DNA of 64,000 nt from an uncultured Lachnospiraceae bacterium (GTDB taxonomy: Bacteria; Bacillota; Clostridia; Lachnospirales; Lachnospiraceae): assembly GCA_947631505.1 (NCBI GenBank), contig CANRLR010000011.1, forward strand, positions 12,063-76,062, written 5' to 3'. The notes below the pieces were generated by a model that did no database searches, was not told where the DNA came from, and saw only the letters and a program-made list of their open reading frames with translations. A program made the position numbers and the translations under genes. Positions 8,754-17,786 of this stretch are shown here, one piece after another. How positions within the stretch are numbered: position 1 is the stretch's first letter; every line of letters starts with the position of its first letter.

Positions 8754-8782
8754 ACAATATCACTCATTGAGTGATATGTCAA
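8754..8782 (-). promoter_or_regulatory. Promoter of the xre-transposase unit with a perfect palindromic operator in its spacer
   Basis: TTGACA (8782-8777), 17 nt, TATTGT (8759-8754); ATATCACTCA-T-TGAGTGATAT at 8757-8777. Confidence 0.75.
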
Positions 8783-8853
8783 GTATTATATTATTATTTT
8801 GTCTTCTAATATCAAAGTTTTTCAAGCTGGGGGCGGATTGTTTTCTATCTTTA

Positions 8854-11058
8854 CTAAGAAAGAGAATTCATTGCCATATAGGCTTCTTTCTTCCGGAACA
8901 TTTCCTCTTCACTCAAAAGCGGATGTATAATGCTCTTAATAACATCTTCCGGCACTTGCAGTTTCTTCAATTCCTTTACCACACTTCTCCTTGTATCGTC
9001 CAACTGGTCAGAGGCAAAGATATCTAAAAGTGGCAGCCGCTCATAACTTTCCCGATACAGCCGTTGTTTCTCTTCTCGTTCCGCTTCCTGTTCCTTATGG
9101 TACAGTTCCTGCATACGTTCCAACGAAAGATTTACCTTGTCAGTATCATTTATTTTTTTGGCAAGTCGATCTAAATCCATGTTCATAAAATCAAATGCAT
9201 TTATCGTATAATGCCGGATTGAAGAATCCTTTTCCGACATCTTTTTGTAGTATTCCATGGATTGGGAATTCAAAAGGCGAATACTGTCCTCTTCCGCTTT
9301 CCGGTGTTCCTGCACTTTATACTTACCATACGATAATGCTTTGTTATAGATTTCATGTTCCCATGGAAACCATTTCTTATCCCGGAGCGGTTCTTCCCCC
9401 CGGACAAACAGGATACATTCATCATCCGGCAGAAGCCGAACCTCATACTCCATCATTAGTTCTCTTCCTAATACATCAAAGTTTTCACTATGTGAACCAG
9501 ACGTGCCGGTGCTTTCTCCTGTCGTTTTTTTATCTACGGTCCATTTTCCGAGTAATTTTGTTATGTATTCAAAGGTACTTTCTTCATTTCCTCCCAAATA
9601 TAGGAACGTATCACAGTTACCGACAACTCCCTCCCATGCTCCATCTGCAAACAGAGTTTTCATCTGTGCTAGGGATTGCAGCATAGGAACACAATAAATT
9701 CCCCGGCTTCGGCAGGTTGCCATTATCTTATCAAAGTTTGCTGGCATTTTAATATTGGCAAACTCATCTAACCAAAATCCAACATCAATAGGAAGTCTTC
9801 CACTATACAATCGAGATTGATAATAAAGTTGGTCAAAAAGCAGTGTATAAACCATTCCGGGAACAAAATTGTAAGTGATATCTTCGTCCGGGATTACCAT
9901 AAAGAGAAAACTTTTTGTTGTTTCATCTCCATCCTTTCCCACACCGAATTCATCCAACGGAATATCATTACTGGTAAAGATTTCCAGCAATTCCTCATTA
10001 TCGAACGGCTGCATGCGTCCATTCACGGTTGCTAGTACGCTTCGTCTAGTATCTTCCGGAGAGCTTAAATATCTGCGGTATGTTTTTACTGCTGGATGAT
10101 TCGGCTCACTTTTTTCCAACTGTTTCATCCGGATATCTAGTTTAGTCGGAGTATCCGGCTCTTCAAATTGTGCTTCATCCAGCAGATACATAATGGATTT
10201 CATATTCTTTTCTAAAATGGTCAGTTCTCCAGTTTCTAAATTTTTAGACACCGTCGGACACTCTCTCCATACATACAAAAAGAGAGCTTCCAAAAACATT
10301 CGTTCCGATTTTTCCCAAAAAGGGTCTGCTGTCGAATTTTTTATTTTCTCCGAATCTGTATTTTGTATCAAGTTGGAAACCAACTTCGATATGTCTTGAC
10401 GTTTTCGCAGGAAAAGAAACGGATTAATATGCATACTCTTTTCAAAGTCAATCAGGTTGAGCGTATATACTCTTGTATTTTCTTGTTCTTGAAGATAATT
10501 TCCTAATTCCTCTAACGTAGAACCTTTGGAATCCGTTATCACGTTAGATCCGTAAGCATTTAATAAGTTGGGGGTTAATAGGAAAGAGGTTTTACCAGCA
10601 CCGGAACCACCAACCACAAAGGTATTGTTATTTCGCAAGGTGGACGCAGCATAACGGAATCGTATATTCTCCGATAAAATCCGGTTATTTTTCTTATTTG
10701 TATCTGCATACTTTTGGTTAAATTTACTTATATCTCCCCATTTTGCGGAACCGAACTCGTTGCCCGGCATACGGTTGTTATTCATTTTGATGTACTGATT
10801 TGCAGTAAAAGTAAACCATAACAATACAACCAGCAGTAAAAATGGTTTGGTCTTTTCGTTCCAACAGGAAAGGGGGTTTTTTAAACAATAGACCAGTTTT
10901 TCTTCCACATTTTCCATTGTAACACCGTCTAAGGCAAACAAACCGCTGATACAAAGTGCTAGATACAATAGAAAAAGAAGAACCAGTACACTTATTATTA
11001 GGAAATTGCGTAAACGGATTTTCCTTGAATCCGTAACATTACTTACTCTTTTTTTCAT
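8854..11058 (-). CDS. virD4: VirD4/TraG-type conjugative coupling protein
   Basis: N-terminal TM segments, FGSAKWG, Walker A VVGGSGAGKT, FWLDEFANI, LQSLAQ. Confidence 0.93.
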   Translation of the reverse strand: MKKRVSNVTDSRKIRLRNFLIISVLVLLFLLYLALCISGLFALDGVTMENVEEKLVYCLKNPLSCWNEKTKPFLLLVVLLWFTFTANQYIKMNNNRMPGNEFGSAKWGDISKFNQKYADTNKKNNRILSENIRFRYAASTLRNNNTFVVGGSGAGKTSFLLTPNLLNAYGSNVITDSKGSTLEELGNYLQEQENTRVYTLNLIDFEKSMHINPFLFLRKRQDISKLVSNLIQNTDSEKIKNSTADPFWEKSERMFLEALFLYVWRECPTVSKNLETGELTILEKNMKSIMYLLDEAQFEEPDTPTKLDIRMKQLEKSEPNHPAVKTYRRYLSSPEDTRRSVLATVNGRMQPFDNEELLEIFTSNDIPLDEFGVGKDGDETTKSFLFMVIPDEDITYNFVPGMVYTLLFDQLYYQSRLYSGRLPIDVGFWLDEFANIKMPANFDKIMATCRSRGIYCVPMLQSLAQMKTLFADGAWEGVVGNCDTFLYLGGNEESTFEYITKLLGKWTVDKKTTGESTGTSGSHSENFDVLGRELMMEYEVRLLPDDECILFVRGEEPLRDKKWFPWEHEIYNKALSYGKYKVQEHRKAEEDSIRLLNSQSMEYYKKMSEKDSSIRHYTINAFDFMNMDLDRLAKKINDTDKVNLSLERMQELYHKEQEAEREEKQRLYRESYERLPLLDIFASDQLDDTRRSVVKELKKLQVPEDVIKSIIHPLLSEEEMFRKKEAYMAMNSLS

Positions 11059-11062
11059 ATTA

Positions 11063-12460
11063 TCATCCCCTTTTTATTTTTGGTATATCGGTAGATTTTC
11101 TTTGAAATTCTTTTAATGCAAAATCTTTTGCTTGTACTGGAGATTTCTTGTTTGTCAGTTCCATTCTGTCAATCAAATCAATATTTTCTATTTTGGATTT
11201 CGCAGTAGCTTTCCCAGTATGAACATCATGCCGACTTATTTCCGTTTTCTCATCTTTTTTTATAAATGTCTGAATACTCTTTTTATCTTCTGACAGAATA
11301 GCGTCCTTTTTCGGAATCGTAAGCATTTCCACTGTATTTTCACCTTGGGTGCCCGGCAGCTTTACGACATAAATATTTTTTGTTTCTGCTACCAAACTGT
11401 TTTCTAAAACAAACGTTATTGGAACATACTCTGGATTAGAAACTTTCTCCTTTAAACCCTCCAAATAAAGTGCACTTTGAATGGTTTCCACGTTTTGTTC
11501 CACATTCCTAGATAATAAAAGTTGTTCTAAATTTGGTTTTTTATCATTCACTTTTGGATTTTCACGGACAGAATCTTTTGGGACAGGAGCTTCTTTTTTC
11601 TCCTGTCCCATATTAAAATTTGGCATAGCATCCGTATCCGAAAGTCGTATTCGTTCTGACTGTTTTATTTTTTCGGGCTTGACTTTGTTAAATTTGCCAA
11701 AAAATTTCTGATGTTCCGGATTGTCTTTTCGCAGATGGGTATAAATCGTTTGACCTTTATCAATCAGCACACAATCCTCTTTGTATAGTATTATTTTTTC
11801 TTTTCGCCCGGTATGTGGTATATAACACAGGTAGGAATCCGGTCTTTCCTGAATCAAAAGAGTATCTATATTTATCGAAACTGGACGGTAATTCATATCC
11901 TTATTCCGGTCACGGATTCGCTGTAAATGCTGCATATGGGTTTCTTTTTCATATCCTTTTGCTGCCAGCTCATCCAATAGCTTTTTTCCTCTCTCCCCAC
12001 CCATTTGCTCATATTTTTCCAAAGAAATTTCAGCCGCTTCTATTTCCATTTTTTCCTTATAATACTCGACAACCACTTTTATTTTACCTGCTTCCTGTGG
12101 ATTATAAGCAATCTGGGTATAACCATCCCCAATATTCAAATCTGGCAGTTCCGCAAAAGATACGTTTATATTTTTAAGACGGTCATAAAAACCAATTAAA
12201 TCCTTTTCGTTTTCAAAGGGAATGTTTAAAATGCCATATTCGCCTCCTGTTATTTTTTCTAAATCCGTAACCTTCATTGTCTCATGTTTCCCTTGACTTG
12301 CGTAATGAACTTTCATTTTTTTCTGCATTCTTTTTAATTGTGCTAATTCCGCACCTTTTTTTGCTCCATTAGCAGACAGCCGGATTCCCTTAAACAATCC
12401 CCCCGCTGCTTTTCCGGACAGTTCTAGTATCTGCACCATTCCGTAAATCTCTTCACTCAT
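11063..12460 (-). CDS. Conjugation accessory protein, PcfB/DUF3801-like (tentative)
   Basis: Directly upstream of virD4; N-terminal helical region and LKNINVSFAELPD motif. Confidence 0.5.
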   Translation of the reverse strand: MSEEIYGMVQILELSGKAAGGLFKGIRLSANGAKKGAELAQLKRMQKKMKVHYASQGKHETMKVTDLEKITGGEYGILNIPFENEKDLIGFYDRLKNINVSFAELPDLNIGDGYTQIAYNPQEAGKIKVVVEYYKEKMEIEAAEISLEKYEQMGGERGKKLLDELAAKGYEKETHMQHLQRIRDRNKDMNYRPVSINIDTLLIQERPDSYLCYIPHTGRKEKIILYKEDCVLIDKGQTIYTHLRKDNPEHQKFFGKFNKVKPEKIKQSERIRLSDTDAMPNFNMGQEKKEAPVPKDSVRENPKVNDKKPNLEQLLLSRNVEQNVETIQSALYLEGLKEKVSNPEYVPITFVLENSLVAETKNIYVVKLPGTQGENTVEMLTIPKKDAILSEDKKSIQTFIKKDEKTEISRHDVHTGKATAKSKIENIDLIDRMELTNKKSPVQAKDFALKEFQRKSTDIPKIKRG

Positions 12461-13106
12461 GCTTTTTCACCCTTTCTATCCATTTTTTAAAAGTTCCCTG
12501 TTTTATTTGCTGCTCTCGCTCCTTTTTCCCCTGCTCCAATTGATAAAATTGAATATATCTTGCCATCTGCAGCTGGGTTTTATCCGGTGTGGCAAAGTGC
12601 AGAATTTCTTTTTCCGGTATCTGCAACTTAATTGCCTTAGTAATCTCATCTAATTGCGGAGCGGTAAAATTATTTTCTTCCAAGATTAGTTTCTTTATTT
12701 CCGCATACCTGCTTTGCTCTGACTCTTTGGCAAAGGTAATTCTTATATGTTCCTCTTTTTCCAGCTCCTCTAAAGTAACACCAAGTTTAGCAAAAAGTGA
12801 TTCATATCGATTACACAATTCTTCTCTTTTCTTCTGTTCTGCGACAACCGTTTGAATGTATTCCTTTGGTGCCATTTCTTCTCCCGGTGCTGGAAGTTTA
12901 AAAAGCATTGCAATCCGGCACAAATCCTTATCAATTAATTTTTTCTTCGTCTTGTCAAAGAGGTAGGCTTCAATTTCCTCTTCGGACATATCATATCCAA
13001 TTCCAAAAAGGAGAAGAATATAATTTACCGTAGCTTCATCACAGGTTGCTGCAAAGTTATATTTCTTTTGTAATTGTTTTATTCTGCTGTTTTGTTCTTC
13101 TGTCAT
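12453..13106 (-). CDS. Hypothetical ICE protein
   Basis: 217-aa ORF overlapping its neighbours inside the operon. Confidence 0.7.
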   Translation of the reverse strand: MTEEQNSRIKQLQKKYNFAATCDEATVNYILLLFGIGYDMSEEEIEAYLFDKTKKKLIDKDLCRIAMLFKLPAPGEEMAPKEYIQTVVAEQKKREELCNRYESLFAKLGVTLEELEKEEHIRITFAKESEQSRYAEIKKLILEENNFTAPQLDEITKAIKLQIPEKEILHFATPDKTQLQMARYIQFYQLEQGKKEREQQIKQGTFKKWIERVKKHE

Positions 13107-14298
13107 ATTCAGTCACTTCCTTTCCTTGATTCCGCCGGAATCTCTTTAATTCTTTTATTTCCTCATGCTGCTCATCCAGTCTTTCTTCTTTTCCGAAATC
13201 CGGTTTTTTTAAAATCCGGTTTCGTTTAAATGCTTCCTCTTTTTCCAAACAAGAAATCGTTTCCGATAAATCCCGTTCCGAACGAATATTATGCTGATAT
13301 AACAGGGAAATGTCTTTCATCATACGATTGATGGCTCTCACGCTTTGCTCATGGTATTTTAGGGTTGTATTCGTCCGGGAATAAAGCCGTCTTGCTGCCA
13401 AAACCTGACGGACAAAATATTGTTGATAGGGAGACATCGAGTGATACGAAAATTTACGGTAACGATTGATAAACCAATCACTGGAACGGCGGAAGACTAC
13501 TCGGTACATTTCAATTTCATCCCTGTGTTTTCTGCTGACTTTATACAATTCTTTTTCCATTCTCTCACCAATTTTCTTTTCAATAGCTTCTGGAATGTAA
13601 CCACTTTTCAAATGATAAGAACGAATCGCTTTTCCTTTGCCCGGTGGAGTTAAGGCAAGATACACCCCATGCTTTTCCGAAATACCCTCCCGCAGGTTGT
13701 AACCAAATTCCTGTTGCAGCCGGATTTTGAAATCTTTATAGCTTTGGCTGTGTTCGATACACTGATCGATATCATTCTCCACCGTTTCTTTCCAATTGTG
13801 AGCCGGAGAGTAATCCAATTTTCTATCTTTTTCCTTTAATTTCCCGGTTGCATATTTTTCACAAATCCGGTTCGTAAGTGGTGTAATCTTCTGTTTCCAT
13901 TCTCTGTTGTCGTAATGGTATTTCCCGCCAGTCCGTTTCACGGAATTAAAAACAAGGTGCATATGTGTCAGTTCCCGGTCACTGTGTTCCGCTACCACAT
14001 AATCATAGCTATCTCCTAAATATTCCTCCGCCCAATCTTTTATAAATTCCAATGCATTGTCATGGGTAATTTTTTCATCCGCAGAAAAAGAAAATTTGAG
14101 ATGATACCCCTGTCTTTTTCCGCGGACTGGATTCATTTCTTTTGTTAGGAAAAAAGTATCCATAATCTGTTCCACCGTTGTTCCACTATTACTAAATGTT
14201 CTTCCCTGTGTTTTGTATTCCTGCATAACATACCCAATCGCCTTTTTTAAATGGGATTCTGTTACAATCGGTTCATCGAATCGGATAATGATAGACAT
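13057..14298 (-). CDS. MOB_P relaxase
   Basis: AIGYV, GYHLKFSFS, YVVAEHSDRELTHMHLVFNSV (3H motif). Confidence 0.92.
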   Translation of the reverse strand: MSIIIRFDEPIVTESHLKKAIGYVMQEYKTQGRTFSNSGTTVEQIMDTFFLTKEMNPVRGKRQGYHLKFSFSADEKITHDNALEFIKDWAEEYLGDSYDYVVAEHSDRELTHMHLVFNSVKRTGGKYHYDNREWKQKITPLTNRICEKYATGKLKEKDRKLDYSPAHNWKETVENDIDQCIEHSQSYKDFKIRLQQEFGYNLREGISEKHGVYLALTPPGKGKAIRSYHLKSGYIPEAIEKKIGERMEKELYKVSRKHRDEIEMYRVVFRRSSDWFINRYRKFSYHSMSPYQQYFVRQVLAARRLYSRTNTTLKYHEQSVRAINRMMKDISLLYQHNIRSERDLSETISCLEKEEAFKRNRILKKPDFGKEERLDEQHEEIKELKRFRRNQGKEVTEYDRRTKQQNKTITKEI

Positions 14299-14300
14299 TC

Positions 14301-14639
14301 TTATCCCCCTTTCTTTCGCAGAATAGAAACAACGGTTTCGGATAGTTTATTTATCCTATCCATCCTATCTATCAAATCTTTTCTTGGCTGTGTGTAGTGA
14401 TACTCATTATACTTTTTTGCAATCTGATTGATATTTACACCGATTTTCCGAATCTGATAAATATACTCTTGTTGTAACTGGTTAAATTCTGTTCTTGTTA
14501 CCTCCGGTGGGACAGCAATATTTCTTCTCACATATTCACTAATGGTAAGATGTTCTCTTGCTGCTGCACGGCGGAGATTTTCCTTTTCTCTTTTGGTCAG
14601 TCTTACCTTTACAACTTCTGTTTTTGTTCTTGCTTTCAC
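14301..14639 (-). CDS. mobC: MobC relaxosome accessory protein (RHH)
   Basis: VKVRLTKREKENL...LTISEYVR; IRKIGVNINQIAKKYN; likely GTG start at 14639 behind AGGAGAGG. Confidence 0.88.
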   Translation of the reverse strand: MKARTKTEVVKVRLTKREKENLRRAAAREHLTISEYVRRNIAVPPEVTRTEFNQLQQEYIYQIRKIGVNINQIAKKYNEYHYTQPRKDLIDRMDRINKLSETVVSILRKKGG

Positions 14640-14656
14640 CAAACCTCTCCTTTTGA

Positions 14657-14980
14657 TTGTGCAATTTATGTGTAATTTTGCGTATTCAATGCACAAGGTT
14701 ACACAACAATTACACAAAATTACACATTTTTTGTACAATCAAGCACTTTTATTTATGTGCAATTTCTACACATTTTTGTGCTTTTTTACACAACTTGAGA
14801 TTACGAACATTGCACAACTTTTACTCATTTTTGTGCAAATTTTGTGTAATGTATTTTTTCCAAATTACATATTTTTTGTGCAATTATGAATAATTCTACA
14901 TAAATTTACACATTTTTGTGTAATACCATTTTTTGTATTTTGCACATTTTTTGTGTATTTTTGTTCAAGAAATGTGTAAA
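14657..14980. repeat. Array of about 22 degenerate octamers (TTGTGCAA/TTGTGTAA and complements)
   Basis: Copies near 14657, 14669, 14689, 14699, 14710, 14720, 14756, 14786, 14810, 14831, 14842, 14876, 14906, 14916, 14940, 14951, 14972 and others, many 10-11 bp apart. Confidence 0.8.
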
Positions 14981-14986
14981 AAAATG

Positions 14987-15055
14987 CGGGTTTTAACCCG
15001 GCAAGACACGCTTTTTGTGTCCACAAAAAGCAGCTTGTTAGGGAAGTTTCCCTAA
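14987..15055 (-). promoter_or_regulatory. Candidate oriT with nic site
   Basis: Perfect IR GCTTTTTGTG-TC-CACAAAAAGC (15010-15031) followed on the minus strand by GTGTCTTG|CC; flanking IRs at 14987-15000 and 15038-15055; lies upstream of mobC and the relaxase. Confidence 0.65.
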
Positions 15056-15095
15056 GACCCTCTGTCATACAGCAGGGCAGTAAGCAAGGCAGACA

Positions 15096-15368
15096 CTACT
15101 TAAGTGCCCGCCTGATATCATCCATCTCTATGCAGCTGTCCTTTTTCGGAAGTTGCATAAAGATGGAATCTAACATACATTCCATACTTAACAGCAAACA
15201 AATTTCTTCTCTTGTAAAAGTCTCTTCTTCTTTTAGCAAATCATAAATTCTTTTTTTCGTGGCAATCATCTCTGCCATGACAAAAAGATTTTCTCTGGAC
15301 AAACTCATCATGTCACATTGGAACATTTTCCATTCCCATTTTAATTTTTCCTTTAGTTTTTCTTTCAT
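15096..15368 (-). CDS. Hypothetical ICE protein (DUF3848-like, tentative)
   Basis: 90-aa ORF at the end of the tra operon. Confidence 0.6.
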   Translation of the reverse strand: MKEKLKEKLKWEWKMFQCDMMSLSRENLFVMAEMIATKKRIYDLLKEEETFTREEICLLLSMECMLDSIFMQLPKKDSCIEMDDIRRALK

Positions 15369-15380
15369 CTGAAACCTCTC

Positions 15381-16076
15381 CTAACCAACATCTTTTTTTG
15401 TTTTCTTTTTTTTCTTTGCTTTCTTTTTTGCCTTTGCCAATTTTTTCTTCTTTACCTGTCTTTCCTTTTTTAACTTCTCCGCAGCCTTTTTCACGTCTGC
15501 TTTTTTCATTGCTGCAACATCATTTTGCGAAAGTTCTGTTTTGGAAACCGATACAGCACTGTTTTTTAAATGATAAGAAAGCTTAAAAACACACTTATCT
15601 GAAGAAATCAGATATGTTGTGACCTGATAAGTATTACTTGTCTTTTGGTAATCCAGTGTATGAATGGAAGCCGCTTTTGTCTTCCTGCATTCCTCTTTCA
15701 AATTGGTCACTAGTTTTTCAAATGCCTCATCTGTCATAAAGCTGAGCAGGGAAGAAATACCTGTCGTATCCAATTCATATCGGTTTTCTTCCTCCTCCGG
15801 CTGGCCAGTTTTTTGTTCTTCTGAATCATTTAACTCTTCCATTGCTTCTCTGGAAACTGCTTCCCCGCTGACAGAAGAACCACTGACTGCACTACCGCTG
15901 ACTGCTCCGCCAGTAACACTGGCAGCTGGCTCTTCTTTCTTTGGGATTCCTAGACGTATCAGGTTCACAAAAAACAATAAAACAAGAACTGCCAATAAAG
16001 CAAAAAGGAAAAGACACCGTCTGCCTTTTCCCCTGTCTCTTTGTTTCCAATAAATACAGCGAATCTTTTTTAACAT
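15381..16076 (-). CDS. Membrane-anchored conjugation protein (hypothetical)
   Basis: One N-terminal TM segment, GSAVS repeats, Lys-rich tail; follows the hydrolase. Confidence 0.7.
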   Translation of the reverse strand: MLKKIRCIYWKQRDRGKGRRCLFLFALLAVLVLLFFVNLIRLGIPKKEEPAASVTGGAVSGSAVSGSSVSGEAVSREAMEELNDSEEQKTGQPEEEENRYELDTTGISSLLSFMTDEAFEKLVTNLKEECRKTKAASIHTLDYQKTSNTYQVTTYLISSDKCVFKLSYHLKNSAVSVSKTELSQNDVAAMKKADVKKAAEKLKKERQVKKKKLAKAKKKAKKKKKTKKDVG

Positions 16077-16100
16077 TTGTCACACTCCTTTTTCGATTTT

Positions 16101-17786
16101 TCATGACGCTTTTTCCCAATTTTTTAATCTGCGGAAATAGGTAAAGTTCGTATAGGAGCTCATCAGCACCCCGGAAGAATTTCCGGTCAGAGACTGCCTA
16201 TTACTCGAGGTACAGTGAAGCCATACCTTTGTTCCGTTTTTTAATTTTCCGCAATAGATACCAACGTGGTTTGCTCCCCCGGTGGGAGCGGTGGCACTTT
16301 TCAGTCCAATATCCCCGACTGTTAAATCACTTGCTTCTATCGTTTCAAATTTTGAGGATTCGATAAAAGTTTTTGTAGTGGAAGTATAGGGAATCCCAGT
16401 ATATCCGCTCTTGTGAAAACTCCAAGCCACAAAAGAGGAACAGTCAAGGACTGTTGGAGAATCTCTTCCATCATCCTGCCTTGGCGGATCAAGCATTCCA
16501 TAGGTAACCGCTCCGGTCAGAGAAGCTCCCTTTTCAATTAAATTCCATACAGAAGCAGAAGCTCTGTTGTTTTCTTTTAGTTCTTTTATCAGAGCTGCCG
16601 CCTTTTCATTGGTGACCTCGGTTTTACCGTTCTGTACATAATACCGCAGCACATGAGGGACGTACTCCACATCACCATAGGAAGATAAATGTAAACTGCT
16701 GCACATCTTCGCCGAAAAAATCTTGGCGTTATCCTCTGAATAACCGCCATAGTTGGTCTTTGCCCATGAAATATAACCGTTGCCAAAGTTATACCCCTGC
16801 AGGGCGAGGGATATCGAAGAAATATCACTGGGACTTTTTACGCTGCTCTCTGTCAGGCAATCACTTAATTCATGTACGCCGCAGTCAATACTTTCCTCTG
16901 TCGTATCAATCGGAGGTTCTTTATTATAATAAGATTGTTCTGCCTGCATGACATCAATTCCCTTGCCGCCGCTTTCCTGTTCCATTACAGCAAGACACAA
17001 ATCCACATAGTCCTCAATGTCATATTTTTCACAATAATAAGAAACCATTACTCGGTAGTTTTCTGTTTCCTCTGAAACCTGACACTGATAAGTGTTACTG
17101 TTATCCTGCGTTACAATACTAACAATGAGAAAAAGAATTACCAAAATAAGAAGAACCAATAGGACAATTAGCCAGCGAATCGGATTCATCTGCTTTTTTA
17201 CCCCTTTGATAAGCTTTCTCTTTCTCAAAAAATTCCCGAACAAAGTTTTCCCCGCTTTGGTTGCCGCTTCATTCATTTTTTTGTGAAGCTGTTTTTTCAT
17301 AAAAAAAACCTTTAACCTGTTTTTTGCTTTCTTCTCTTTACCATAAGAATGTTTGTAAACCATTTGAGATACGGAAGAAAGTGGCAAAGATTTCAACAAT
17401 TGTTCCTGTTCCGTTGGTATGTTAAGTTCTATCTTTCCCTTGGATTCATCACTCTCCGTGCTGGAAAGCATGGCGTTAAAAACAGCTGCCATATATTCCT
17501 GTGATTGTTGTTTCGTTTGTTTTAATCCGGTATTCGTTTGTTCGCCTTTTGAAAAAGTTTTCGGGCTCTTCTTTTGCTTTTGGTAGTAAATCTTTTTTTT
17601 CTTTGAGCAATTCTTCATTTTCTCCTTAGCCTGTTGCTGTTTTGCTATTTCCATAGCATGTTCTAGCAACTTCTTTTGTGTCCTTTTGTCTAGAGAAAAA
17701 AATCTCTCCTTAGCAACATCACTCAACTTTTCAATAACAGCAAGTTCTTTTTCCGTAAATCTACCAAGCCGTAATTTCCTTTTCAT
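16101..17786 (-). CDS. CwlT/VirB1-like peptidoglycan hydrolase (lysozyme-like + NlpC/P60)
   Basis: LAVMEQESGGKGIDVMQA, ALQGYNFGNGYI; LDCSSFVAW...NHVGIY. Confidence 0.9.
   Translation of the reverse strand: MKRKLRLGRFTEKELAVIEKLSDVAKERFFSLDKRTQKKLLEHAMEIAKQQQAKEKMKNCSKKKKIYYQKQKKSPKTFSKGEQTNTGLKQTKQQSQEYMAAVFNAMLSSTESDESKGKIELNIPTEQEQLLKSLPLSSVSQMVYKHSYGKEKKAKNRLKVFFMKKQLHKKMNEAATKAGKTLFGNFLRKRKLIKGVKKQMNPIRWLIVLLVLLILVILFLIVSIVTQDNSNTYQCQVSEETENYRVMVSYYCEKYDIEDYVDLCLAVMEQESGGKGIDVMQAEQSYYNKEPPIDTTEESIDCGVHELSDCLTESSVKSPSDISSISLALQGYNFGNGYISWAKTNYGGYSEDNAKIFSAKMCSSLHLSSYGDVEYVPHVLRYYVQNGKTEVTNEKAAALIKELKENNRASASVWNLIEKGASLTGAVTYGMLDPPRQDDGRDSPTVLDCSSFVAWSFHKSGYTGIPYTSTTKTFIESSKFETIEASDLTVGDIGLKSATAPTGGANHVGIYCGKLKNGTKVWLHCTSSNRQSLTGNSSGVLMSSYTNFTYFRRLKNWEKAS

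Noticed and set aside
14657-14980. CRISPR array
   Set aside because: The units are 8-bp degenerate motifs in both orientations with no constant repeat or unique spacers. No array was found anywhere in the window; it probably lies beyond the left edge.
14640-15068. ORFs 14542-14889, 14657-14893, 14865-15068 and the Cys-rich N-terminal extension of MobC
   Set aside because: These are translation artefacts of the TGTG/CACA repeat array and oriT. The mobC RBS points to GTG 14639.
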